Both the position numbers and the translations under genes were made by a program. This document shows, one piece after another, positions 11,721 through 23,735 of a stretch of 64,000 nt of DNA. This DNA comes from Lama guanicoe (Eukaryota). The stretch's first letter is position 1; each line of letters opens with the position of its first letter. Location of the stretch: the NCBI GenBank assembly GCA_013239625.1, contig MU057354.1, forward strand, positions 17,973,145 to 18,037,144. Reading direction: 5' to 3'. The notes below the pieces were generated by a model that saw only the letters and a list, made by a program, of their open reading frames with translations, made no database searches and was not told where the DNA came from.

Positions 11721-13729
11721 CCCCTCTACAGTGACATAGAATGGTCCTCCCTACGTGCCACACACAACAGGGGTATTATCTTTTTAGAGAAAGAGGAAAA
11801 TGGATTCAGGGCCAATAAAACCAGGAGATACCAACTATATTCATCACCCTTAACCTCCAAGCATTCAGCAATCCTTTTTCTCAAACATATACATATAAAA
11901 TTATTTCACTTAGCATAATGCAAATATCACATATAACCAACGATGTATTATCCCTTTTTCCAAGAGATATGATCCAAATTCTCATAAACTCAGAATTTCT
12001 GAAAACTACGTATACATTTCCATCAGGATTGGAGGTTTTTCCTCAAGATCTAGCCATCTATGGTCAACTGATTAACCAAAACTTCATCTGCAGACATAGA
12101 AGGAAAAGAGAATAATGAAAACAATGCCTATTTGAGAAAGGAAAAAAAGGGAAGCAGTATTCAACTGTCAGCTGTTCATAGCACTGCATTCTGTTGGATG
12201 AGACCAGCAAGGACTCATCACCTGGATGGTAAAGTGAGCTCCTCCATCAGCAGGGTCACTCCACTCACCAAGAGCATCTCTACTGTCCAGGGACCTCCAT
12301 GGCAGCACCCGAGAGGCCCATGGGAGAGGAGTCCCCTTTTTTAAGTGTTTCAAAGCTTCAGGATACCGCTTGTTTGTATGGTTTCTAGGGTCTGAAACTG
12401 TCTTAGAGTTTAAGCAATCACATCCTATACACTAAACCTGGGGTTTCTCTCTAAATACAACCCCTCGAAAGGCCCTGAACTCTGGGACCTAACACTGTTC
12501 CTCAACATGTAGTTGGGCCTTCATCTCAGCCCCAGTGAACAGCACAGTGAAATGCTGTTCTCTTAGTCCCTGGAGCACTGGGCTGAGGATCATCTCTCAG
12601 AATCAGACAACAGCACCATAACATCAGTTTCTTGGGGGGTGGGGGGAGCATTATGTAGTCAATTATTGACATTTGCATAAAGACAGATTATAAAAGTTAC
12701 AAGAAGATACTAAAATCCAAAATTGTCCTCAGAAGTTCACAATACTCTTTCAGTACCACTGGGAACTGTTCAATGAACCAGACTTGCTCCTGAGAAGTGA
12801 AGCCTGGATTTCAATTTGCGAGCCAGCCCCGTAAGCCAGACCATTGCTTCCCTACAACAGTGAGCACCTGCTGCCCAAAGTGAGAGCCAAGGTGACTTGC
12901 ATCAGAACGTATGTGGTGAAGCACTCCCCTCTCACCACCCCCCACACACATTCAAAACGTGTGACTTCCATTACTGTAAAATAGATACTTTTTTTGGTCT
13001 GTTTTTGTTCATATTTTGCTTTTCAGAGGCTGTCGTGTCTGGAACCATCATCCAGGTATTTGGCTTCAGAAACATGTATTTTGCCAGTGAGTTAATAGCA
13101 GCTCTTCTAATCCCAATCAACAACGTCTGTTACGCAAACCCAGCCTACACACCCCACTTCACGCTATCCATACGTGGAGGTGGTGAGCTCTCTGTATACT
13201 TTCAACTCATTTCTAGTATAACTTGTTAAGTTGCTGCATTTAGGATAACTGTTTGGCAAAATGGCAATTTTCCTTGTGCACAGTAAGTGAAAACTCTCAT
13301 TATATGTTGCTACATTGGGACTAGACGAAAATGTTATTTCAGAAAAAGAAAAAGGAAGACATCGAGGCCTGAAGAGACTTCTCTATGTGTGTGCCCAACA
13401 ATCACATTATTCCATCAGAGTTACCCAGCACAGGGAAAGTGTTTCTAGTTACAGCATTTAAGTTATCCTTACAAAATCTGAATTATAGAAAACAGACATA
13501 AATATTATCTCTGTCTCCTTTTGGGTTATGACTAAAATAAAGCCACCATAATTTCAGAGAGCAGAACTAGAAAGAAAGGCTGCCTTGATTTGAAGGAAGA
13601 TGGTTTAGGATTGAAGAAAAAGGAGAAAGAAAAAAATTAAGAGCAGAAGTGGCGAACACAAAAGTTGAACCTCCATGCTGTTGTGTTGGGCTCTGTGAAT
13701 TGTGTCACTAGCCTCTCAGGTTTAAAGTT

Positions 13730-14390
13730 ATAAAGTGAACAGTTAATCCATCAGGTCCTGGTTGTTCAGACCCCACACATTCCAAAAAAAGGACTTACTT
13801 CCAGAAAGACCGCCCCCTGACCAGCTCCTGCAAGACATCGTCTGATTCCTAGGGATATCCTGCCTTCTCAGACTGGTTTTATATTCCTGAGTCCTCTGAC
13901 CACCTTCTATCCCTTTGGCCAGAGAGTTTATGCTAACGGTATGACTTGTGATTGTTTTTGTATGCTGAACGCACTGGGACATCCCTTCTTAGTTTAACCT
14001 CTGGGTGTTAGGGAGGGAGCTAGGGACTGAACAGCTAAGGTCAGTCATGAAGATGCTCTATGCCTACATGGCTGACCTCAGATAAAAACCCTGGACACCA
14101 AGGCTCCATGTGAGCTTTGCTGGTTGGCAACACTTTACACACGTTGTCACACAGCACTGCTGGGAGAATTAAGGGCATCTCTGTGTGACTCCACTGGGTG
14201 GTATGGAGGGACCTGGAGGCTTGCATCTCATTTGTCTTGGACTTCACCCACTTGCCTTTTTGACCCATGTTGATTCTGATCTGAATGCTTTCTCTGTAAT
14301 AAACCATCACCATGAGTACAACATTTCTAAGTTCTGAAAATCTGTCTAGCAAAGCCTCAAGCCTGGTGGTCTTAGATACCCTCCGACACA
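13730..14390 (+). mobile_element. MER21/MER77-group solo LTR
   Basis: Diagnostic blocks ATAAAAACCCTGGACACCAAGGCT, TTGTCACACAGCACTGCTGGGAGAATTAAG and GTAATAAACCATCACCATGAGTA. Ends ...CCGACACA. Confidence 0.85.
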
Positions 14391-15356
14391 GAAATGACTG
14401 AAAGAGATGGCTGGAGGAACTTGACCCCTGAATATTTATTGAGCTAAATATTTTGCGCTGTCCAACTGGAAATAGAAATGCTCAACGGTCTGCTGCTAAT
14501 GGCTCCCTTGAATCCTGGAATCCAAGCTTTCCCCTTTATAATACTATTTCAGGTAACAACTGAGTCACTGACCATAGCAGGCTTTCTCACATTAGTCTAG
14601 TCCCAGAGAAATATTTTTACCTTCGGCTTTCTCCCATTCCTCTGTCCACTGCAGAATGAGTAAATGTTCAGGACTCTCAAAATGCAGAAGCCCACTAGCA
14701 AAGAAAAGGACTGTGAACTCTGTGGTACTTTACATTCCTTGGTCTTTTTTGTAAAGCAAATAATTTTGTTAGACAATCATAAAGTTTACATTCATAAGAC
14801 ACAATTTTAGTATATTTCATTCTTATGCAAAAGGTATTAAACACTCCAAAATACTGAAAGATCAGAGGAATATGAAAATTAAACCGTTGTCCTAAGTGGG
14901 TTAAAAGTTTAATTACACTATATTTAAAAGAAGAAATAAGGAAAGTGAAGAAAGAAGTAAAACTTCTACATAACCAGAAAATGAATTATCCCACTTCAGC
15001 TCATTAGAGTACCCAAACTGGCCCTATTGTCTATAAAAATTCTACTTTGAAATTGCGCATTTCCTTTAGCATGATATTCAGTCATCCTACTTCTGTCCTC
15101 CAGTTTCTGATTCTCCCTCTTTGTTAGTTACAAAACTTCTTAGGATGGTTTTTGTCTAATATGCAATTTAAAACTCCCTAAGGTGCCTAGGGCAGGAACC
15201 ACTATCATCTCCCAATTAGTCCAAAGCATGAAAATACCATTTGAGCTGACAGATGTCATAAAACTTGTGACTAGCCTGAGCAACACAAGTCACCAGGGGA
15301 GGCTGCAGAGGACTGGGGAACTCAGACTTTCTACCCTCAGCCCAGCTCACTCAGTC

Positions 15357-15897
15357 TGTTCGTGTTCCTGATGCACAGTGAGGCCAAACAAACCGAAATG
15401 TCCAAGTTTGGAGCAGAGAAAGGTTTATTGCAGGGCCAAGCAAGGAGAATGGGTGGCTAGTGCTTAAAAACCCAAACGCCAGGATGGTTTTCGGGGAGTT
15501 ATTACAGGCAAAATTTGGGGTCAGGGCTGCAGGGTGTGTGACTTTCTTCTGATTGGTTGTGGTGAGGTCACGGGCTGGTGCTCCAGGAATCTTGTGCATG
15601 GCCTAAAGTTACCATCCCGAACGTGGGGGAAGGGGGGTGCTTAGTTCAAAAGCATCATTACGTACATTGCTTGAGGAGGAACCAAGACCCTGCCCCAAGG
15701 CTGCACTATTGTTTCTCTGCTGTCCCTCCCTTGTCTCTGCATCCCCTCCCTTCCCTGATTAGCAACTGTCTGAATCTGCCTTTTGGAACTCAGGGAAGGT
15801 CAAGGAGGCTGAATGAAGTCTATTTCCTACAAACAAGAAACAGGGGACCGAAAGGATTTGTACCAGGGAGAACCCCTCAGGGCCCTGCTCTGTTGTA
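15357..15897 (-). mobile_element. ERV1-type solo LTR (family A, copy 2)
   Basis: The reverse complement matches 806-1365 over nearly its full length. Both copies also yield the same antisense peptide CLRRNQDPAPRLHYCF in the ORF track. Minus-strand AATAAA near 15424-15429. Confidence 0.88.
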
Positions 15898-18420
15898 ATC
15901 AACCTGGGCTTAATGCTAGCCAAACTTAAGATTAACGTTTCACATTAGAGACATAAAACAAAATTGTTTCTCAACTGGAAAAGTGTGTTCTAGTCTCCTT
16001 TTAATTTTCATGTGTGAAAGACACAACAAACCAACAACACATATCTCAAAACCTAAGTTTCTCGACTAGAGTATAATATTAGTAAATCCATTATGAGCCT
16101 TTAAATTCTGGGCAGCATTAAAAAGTCCATCCACCCTAGCCTTGCGTAAAAGCGACCAACAACCTCTTTGCTTGAGAAGACTGGGAAACTGCTTTACATT
16201 CTCCATAGGAACAAGCAGCTAAACCCATCTACAGGCCTGTTACCACTTAATAAACTTACAGCTAAAAAGCACTAAACCTAAGGCTGGAAAAAACTGCCTC
16301 TTTCTATGGTGCGGTTTCTGAAAAATCACAGCTGTAGAGTCCCATCAGCTAATGTGCCTGCAATCACTTCAAACAAGACTTTCCCTGAATGAAAACTAAA
16401 AAGCCAGAGGGCAGAGAAGCACCCCCAAATTCTATGTCAGTAAAGAAGCGAGTTTGTATTTAAGACTCATGAGAAAAGCCGTCATCAACTGAGAACTGCC
16501 TGATTGGGATGGAAATATTGGGGTCTATGAAAGAGTTATGGCTGACGAAGTTTGATGTTACTGGAGCTCTTTGGGAACCAGAGAACTGATCAACATTCAA
16601 GCAAGAAGCGAGGTGGACAAGCTGTGCCAAAGAAATTTTTTTTAATCTGCCCACTCAGATCTTTGGCTGGATATTTGACATCACATGTCCTCAAGGCAGA
16701 ACAACTTTGACTGTTCGTGTGTTTGCATAATGACTTCCCTGCTCCTTTTGTTCTTTCTCTACTCACTGCTTTAGAATACTTCTGCTCTTTTCAGAAATCC
16801 TTTCATGGGAACTTAAGCCCTGAGGGATAAACTTTTGGTAACCAGAGACATTCAAAACACATTGTCTAATTACTGGTGGTGTTAGAAATATCTTGGAATA
16901 TTAAGGGAGAAACAAGAGTCTTGATCAGATAAAATTCTTCTTTTGTCTGTTGCCAGGATCATGGCAATGGAGTAAATGCACAGACATTGGAGCATACAGA
17001 ACATCAGAGCTCAGAAAAGTGTGGCGGTCTCAATAAATGGAGACTTAAACATGTCCATAGATTAGAAATCTCAGTATTTTTAAGATGTGCACTCAACCAC
17101 TCAACCTCAAATTATCTATAAAGTCCCACAGGGAATTTTGGAGTGATGTCAGCATCATGGTGGCATTAGGTGTCCCTCATTTTTGTCCCTCCTCTCAACA
17201 ACAAAAATTCAGCATTCACACAAACAAAAGCGCCTCTGTGGGAGCTGTGGGACCCAGCACCATACTCCAAGGTACCGGGAGATGTCCTGCCCACCTGTGC
17301 ATCAAGTAAAAGGCAGACAGGCCTCAGGACCAGCTATGGTCCCCACAGTAGCCAGTGAACAAGTTCCAGCCCCTCTTGGCTGCAGCCAAGAAGAGCACTT
17401 GGAGGAAACTGACTTAGGCAGTCACCTACAGACAAGAGAGCCTTTATAAAAGCGCAGGTTTCCAGGAAAGTTGCAGTATTTCATCAGAGGAAATAGTATC
17501 TATGTGAATTATGATGGGATAGAGTGGGTAAGAGGAACAGCTTGCCTTTGCCCACATCACCCCTCCCCCAAGCCAGCACTGCTTAGGGCTCAGCAAGAAC
17601 TTCCCAGCCTGTGATTTCTTCCACAGGGGAAAGGGAGCAGCTGAGGGCGCACCCAGCTTCCCCAGCTGTACAGGATGCAGCCAGAGAGACTCATTGCTCT
17701 CCTGCAGCATCCACAGTACTAAATCAGAAGCTCAAGGAGTAGGGGGAGGAAGGATAACGGGAGAGAGGCAGACGAAATAGAGAGCATTAAAGGAATGCAG
17801 TCCTGTTGGCTGCACTGTGTACTCTGTCAGCCATGAGCCAATGGGAAAGCATTACCCAGCAGAGTCCCCCGCTGGCCCAGAGGCATCCCAGCAACCTGTG
17901 TGCCTCACCCAAACATCCCCTCACTCTATGGCTGGCTGCCTGGGCACAGTTCTGAGGGTGGCTATGAAGGCTGGCTTTGGTATACAGCTCTAGGGCACAC
18001 ACAGAAAGCAGGCCAGAGAGAAAACACAAATTTGAGCTGTAGCGCCACCTTCAGGAAAACAAGAGAGAGGCTATCAGCAGCCAGGCTGGTGCTCATAGGA
18101 TAAGACATACCAGCTTAAGAATTCAGCCACAAGAGGGGACATGAAACATAGAGCAGATGTATCTATAAAAGATCTAAGAAGCCTCAGAATCTCCAGCAGG
18201 ACCGATGGAAGGTATTTCTCCCCTAAAGTAAGTTAGTAAAGGTTAAGGAGGTGACTGCTACTTCAAATGCAAAGACAACGGTGCAAAACTCCAAGGAACA
18301 TTGAAAAATCAAGGAAACATGACATCACCTAAGGATAACAATAATCTTCTAGTATCTGAACTCAAAGACATGGAGATCTATTTTTTTTACCCGAATGAAG
18401 AATGCAAAATAGCTGTTTTA

Positions 18421-18658
18421 CATTTCATACTACAGAGAAATTATTGATGAAAGGAAGAGCAACTGATGAGGCAAACTTCATTACTGTCTTATCTTATGAA
18501 ATTGTCACAGCCACCCCAACCTTCAACAACCACCACCCTGATCAGTCAGCAGCCATCCAAGCAACTTTCACCTTCCACCAGCAAGAAGATGACGACTCGC
18601 TGAAGGCTTAGATGATGTTTAGCATTTTTAGCAATAAAGTACTTTTAATCAAGGTTTA
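18421..18658 (+). mobile_element. Tigger1 (Tc1/mariner-pogo) 3' fragment inserted in L1 ORF1
   Basis: AAATTGTCACAGCCACCCCAACCTTCAACAACCACCACCCTGATCAGTCAGCAGCCATC and GACTCGCTGAAGGCTTAGATGATG resemble the Tigger1 ORF end. No TIR. AATAAA at 18633-18638. 15-bp TSD-like flanks. Confidence 0.85.
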
Positions 18659-18896
18659 AAAAAAGCTATTTTAAGGAAACACAATGACTAAAAGAAAACA
18701 CAGAGACAATTCAATTAAATCAGCAGAAGAATGTATACCAAAAATGAGAAATTTATCAAAGATATACAAATCATTAAAAAGAACCAAACAGAAATTCTGG
18801 AGCTAAAGAATTCAATAAGTAAGATGAAAAATACAATGGACAGCATCAGCATAAGAATAACCAAAGAGAAGAAAAATAAGTGAGCTAGAACTTTGA

Positions 18897-19274
18897 CAAG
18901 ATTTGCAGATACTAACTAATACAGAGACAATAGATAAACAACAAGTTCATTCTGTATAGCACAGGAAACTATATTCAATATCTTGTTGTAACTTATGGTG
19001 AAAAAGAATATGAAAACGAATATATGTATGTTTATGAATAACTGAAGCATTATGCTGTACACCAGAAATTGACACAACACTGTAAACTGACTATACTTCA
19101 AGAAATATAGATATATGTGTGTATATATGTATATATATACACACACATACACACACAAAAAAAGATTATGCCTTCAGAACGTTCCTTCATGGAATCACAA
19201 AATATTCTTATGACTATATAATAACTAAATTATATATGTATATAAATAAAATAACCAATGCCTTTGGAGAAAAA
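18897..19274 (+). mobile_element. Young L1 3' end plus non-L1 tail, nested in old L1 ORF1
   Basis: AGATTTGCAGATACTAACTA...TGTAAACTGACTATACTTCAA matches the L1 3' UTR at 23530-23730. It is followed by a TA/CA microsatellite and about 105 bp of unrelated sequence. Confidence 0.85.
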
Positions 19275-21322
19275 GAAGATAGGAACTTTGAAATTACCTA
19301 GTTAGAGAACCAAAAAAAAAAATGAAGAAAGCCTAATTGATCTGTAGGACATCATCAAAAGAACCAATGCACAAATTATTGGAGTTCCAGAAGGAGAAAG
19401 GGAAAATAGGACCAGAAAGATTATTTAAAGAAATAGTTGCTGAGAACATCCCAAACCTGGGGAAAGACTCGGACATCAGGTTTTTGAAGCTAATAGGCCA
19501 CCACATAATTTCAATCCGTAACAGTCTTCTCCAAGACTCATTAAATGAAACTGTCAAAGATCAAAGTCCACTTTCAATAATGATTAGGTCATTCAGACAG
19601 AAAATCAACAAGGAACCATTGGTCTTAGACCAACAGACCTACACAAAACATTCTATCCAACAGCAGCATTCTTCTCGAGCACACGGCAGAACATCCTTTA
19701 GGGTATATCACATGATAAGCTACAAAACAAGTCTTCACAAACTTTAAGACTAAAATCACACCAAGTATCTTTCCCAATGATGGTACAAAACTAAAAATCA
19801 ATAACAGGAGGAAAGCTGTAAATTTTACAAACATGAGGAAATTAAACAACATACTCCTGAACAATGAATGAGTAAAAGGAGAAACTAAAAGGGAAATCAA
19901 AAATATTTTAAAACAAATGAAAATGGAAAACACAATATACCAACACCTGTGGGATACTGCAAAAGCAGTTCTAAGAAGGATGTTTATAGCAATAAATGTC
20001 TATATCAAGAAAAAAGAAAGATCTTAAACAACCTAACTTTACACCTCAAAGACTAGAAAAAGAAAAAAGTAGGCTCAAGGTTAGAAGTAAAGAAATAAAT
20101 GAAATAGAGATGGGGGTGGGGAAGAAAAAAAGAAAAGGTCAGTGAAACCAAGAGCTGTTTTTTTTTCCAAGATAAACAAAATTTACAAACCTCTAATTAG
20201 ACTAACCAAGAAAAAATCTGAAATGAAAGAAGAATCATAAAAGCGGTTACCACCAAAAAATATAGATCATAAGACACTGCTATCAACAATTATATGACAA
20301 CAAAGTGGATAATCCAGAAGAAATGGATAAATTTCTAGAAACATTCAACTTATCAAGACTGAATCATGAAGAAATAGAAAATCTGACCAGACAAATAGTG
20401 AGTAAGAAGATTGTACCATTAATCAAAAACCTCCCAACAAAGAAAAGCCCAAGAGAAGATGATTTCTCTGGTGAATTTTACCTAAAACTTAAAGAACAAT
20501 TAATGCTAATCCTTCTCAAACTCTTACAAAAAATGAAGATGAAGAGGCACTTCCAAACTCATTTCATGAGGCCAGTATCACCCTGATACCAAAGCCAGAT
20601 AAAGACAGTACAAGAAAAAAAAATAAACACCCATGAAATGAATATAGATGCAAAAATTCTCAACAAAATACTAGCCAACTGAATTCAACAGCACATTGAA
20701 AGGATCATACACATAATCAAGTGGTTTTTAACTCTGGAATGCAAACATGGTTCAATATACACAATGGATAAATGTGGTACACCACATTAATAGAATGAGA
20801 GATAAAAATCATATAATCATCTTACTAGATTCAGAAAAAGCGTAAGACAAAATACAACATCCTTTCATGATAAAAATCCTCAACAAACTGGGTACAAAAG
20901 GAACATACTTTAACCTACTGAAGTTCATATATGACAAACCTACAGCTTACGTCATACTTAATGGTGAAAGATGGAAAACTTTTCCAAGAACAGGAACAAG
21001 ATCCTAAAGTTCACAGGGGAGGTGACAGTTAGGAAGATGGCACTTGAAAATCTGGAGGATTTTGAGCAGTGTGGTCATGACTAGGCTAGGACTGGCAGTG
21101 GTGAGCAGGATAAGGGTGTGGGAGGGCCATATTCCTGGTAGAGTTTAGGGCATGATCACAGACCAAGTATAGACAAATCCAACAGAGGTCTGGGAAATAG
21201 CAAATAGGTAGAACTGACTGCAGCCCAAGATTTCCCCATGGAATAGTGGGAAAGAAAGTGAGAAGAACAGGGTGGGGCTGGATTGTGGAAGATTTTGGAT
21301 GCCAGGAATGGACTTTCCTCTA

Positions 21323-21478
21323 ACCAGTAGTCTCAACTGTGTCTGCACATTAGATTCATCTGAGGAACTTCTTAAAAACTCCCACACCCAGGTCCCATGT
21401 GGACCATCAACATCAGAGTTCCCAGGGATGGGGCCAGGGGATTCTGATGCACAGTCAGTTTACAAACACCAGTTCTAG
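21323..21478. mobile_element. MER5A-like hAT-Charlie MITE
   Basis: CAGTAGTCTCAACT...CACATTAGATTCATCTGAGGAACTTCTTAAAAA...GATTCTGATGCACAGTCAGTTT. Confidence 0.7.
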
Positions 21479-21849
21479 ACAGTGGTTATAACCAGGCCAA
21501 ATATGAAATCCAACCCTTGCAATACGAGACAGAGAAAGCTGTCTCTTTCTCTGATCTTCTTCCAGAAGAGCCACCCTGATCCACGCCACCATCACATCTC
21601 TCAACTGAGTTTGAATCTTGCAATAGAGGCTTCTGTCCGTCTAGAATAGCCCCTCAAGTGGCTATTCTACCTCTGACAAGATGCCATCTCTGATAGCAAA
21701 AATCTCACTGTCTCTTAAGACATTTCATTCCAGTTTTGAGATATCTGTTAGAGTACTTCCTGGGGTACAGTGGAAATCCACATCCCAGAAATCTCTACTG
21801 TCTGATCTTGGTTTTTCCCTCTGAAGTTACATAAAACACGTTGAAACCA

Positions 21850-22095
21850 TTTACCACCCCAAATTTTTGAGATATCTGAAAATAGCTAACAGGTCACACA
21901 CCTAACTCTACTCAATATATTAAAAATCTCCAGTTCTTTCAGTCATGCCTCCTGTGACCTGCTTTCTGTTCTCACCATACTCATCAGGCTTTTCTGAATA
22001 TACACTAGATTGCATTGTCTTTCTTAAACTGTGACACCCAGAACTGGACCAAATACTGGATATGTCTTGAGACTCACATGTTAAGAAAAGCACAG
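21850..22095. mobile_element. CR1/L3-like ancient LINE fragment
   Basis: TCTTTCTTAAACTGTGACACCCAGAACTGGACCAAATACT resembles a CR1-type motif. Confidence 0.45.
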
Positions 22096-22564
22096 ACTGC
22101 TCTTCTGATTTTTCACACTATTTTAAGGCATCGGAGGTTAAGCTGGAGGTACTGCTGGGACAAGCACACTGAGGAGAGAGGCAGGACAGGAGGCAAGGCT
22201 GGCTTTCTGTCACATGTGAAGTCCAGCATTTTAAATCTGCATCCACTCCAGAAGATTCTAACTTCTCTGATGCTGAGAAATATCACACCATGTGAGAAAC
22301 TCCTGTGATACAGGTAGTCCTCTGACCCCATCTCTTCCCCTCTTCCCCTTTTATTCCTCATTCTGATTCTCCCTGCCAGCCTCAGAATCTTTCATATCCT
22401 GCCTCCTTTAGTTATGATTTCCCCAGGTTTTCTCTTTATTTTAGATAATAAGCCAGAAGATAGAGAACGTATTGTTGAATAGTTTTCACTTTCTCCTCAA
22501 GCCAGGAAAGCAGAAGTTAAGTATGGTTTAGCACACTTCCCATGTTGTCTGTTCCTTTATTTTT

Positions 22565-22749
22565 TTTATTGTACTTATCGAACGTATTGAATAGTTTACT
22601 CACATTGTTTACTGCCTGTGTCCCCCAACTTGAATGCAAGCTCCATGAAGGAGCCAGGGGATATTCACTGTTTTGTTCACTGCTATAGCCATCTAGAAGG
22701 ATGCCTGGCCTCTTCTAGGTACTCAGGATTTTCTAAATGAATGAATGAC
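22565..22749 (+). mobile_element. L2 3' end
   Basis: GAATGCAAGCTCCATGAAGG...TTTTGTTCACTGCTATA...TGCCTGGC...AAATGAATGAATGA. Confidence 0.8.
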
Positions 22750-22970
22750 AATTTCTGTGATCACTCCCACTGATGGCTGCGGGGCAAACTGCCTGTTTAT
22801 CCCCTTGTGCTAAACTGTACTTTTGAATACTTTCCCACTTTGCATTTAATATCAGGCCAGGTAGTCTGGACTGTCAATTGCTGGCAAAACTTTCATCAGT
22901 TACCACTAGTGTGATGATTTCTACCAACAGCCAGCAGATAACAACTCCGTCTGTCAAAGCGTGTCATGGA

Positions 22971-23735
22971 TGCCACACACTAGTCAGAATGGCCATCATT
23001 AAAAAGTCCACAAATGGTAAGTGCTGGAGAGGACAGAGAAAAGGGAACCCTCCTACACTGTTGGTGGGAATGTAGTTTGGTGCAGCCGTTATGGAAAACA
23101 GTATGGCGATTCCTCATACTGATCTAGCAATTCCACTCCTCGGCACATATCCAGAGAGAATTCTAATTTGAAAAGATGCATGTGCCCCAATGTTCACAGC
23201 AGCACTATTTACAATAGCCAAGACATGGAAACAACCTAAATGTCCAGGGGANNNNNNNNNNNNNNNNNNNNNNNNNNNNNNNNNNNNNNNNNNNNNNNNN
23301 NNNNNNNNNNNNNNNNNNNNNNNNNNNNNNNNNNNNNNNNNNNNNNNNNNNNNNNNNNNNNNNNNNNNNNNNNNNNNNNNNNNNNNNNNNNNNNNNNNNN
23401 NNNNNNNNNNNNNNNNNNNNNNNNNNNNNNNNNNNNNNNNCCTTATTTACAAAGCAGAAATGGATTCACAGACAGAGAAAACAAATGTATGGTTACTGGG
23501 GGTGGGGGAGGAAGGATAAACTGGGAGTTTGGGATCTGTAGATACTAACTACTATATATAAAATAGATAAACAGCAAGTTCCTACTCCTGTATAGCTCAG
23601 GAAACTATATTAAATAGCTTGTAATTACCTATAATGGAAAAGAATGTGAAAAGAAATACATGTGTAACTAAAATACTATGCTGTACACCAGAAACTAATA
23701 CAACATTGTAAACCAACTATACTTCAACTTAAAAA
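22971..23735 (+). mobile_element. 5'-truncated young L1 (ORF2 C-terminus and 3' UTR) spanning an assembly gap
   Basis: Peptides [17 protein letters not shown] and MFTAALFTIAKTWKQPKCP. A-tail at about 23731. TSD AAAGCGTGTCATGGA (22956-22970) / AAAGCACGCCATGGA (23736-23750). Confidence 0.93.
23252..23440. other. Assembly gap (N run)
   Basis: Run of N. Confidence 1.

Larger units (their letters stand above)
17134..21004 (+). mobile_element. Old LINE-1 with 5' UTR, broken ORF1 and partial ORF2 (3' half absent)
   Basis: GC-richer 5' UTR to about 18250. ORF1 peptide ERLFKEIVAENIPNLGK in the 19337-19747 ORF. ORF2 peptide DNPEEMDKFLETFNLSRLNHEEIENL...LPTKKSP in 20305-20586. Internal deletion near 19565. 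Flanks TAAAGTCCCACAGGG / TAAAGTTCACAGGG. Confidence 0.93.

Noticed and set aside
19337-20586. ORFs with real protein similarity (L1 ORF1p and ORF2p)
   Set aside because: These are frameshifted fragments of a dead L1, not host genes.
23190-23548. ORFs running through X residues (also 32847-33133)
   Set aside because: Artefacts of translating N gaps.
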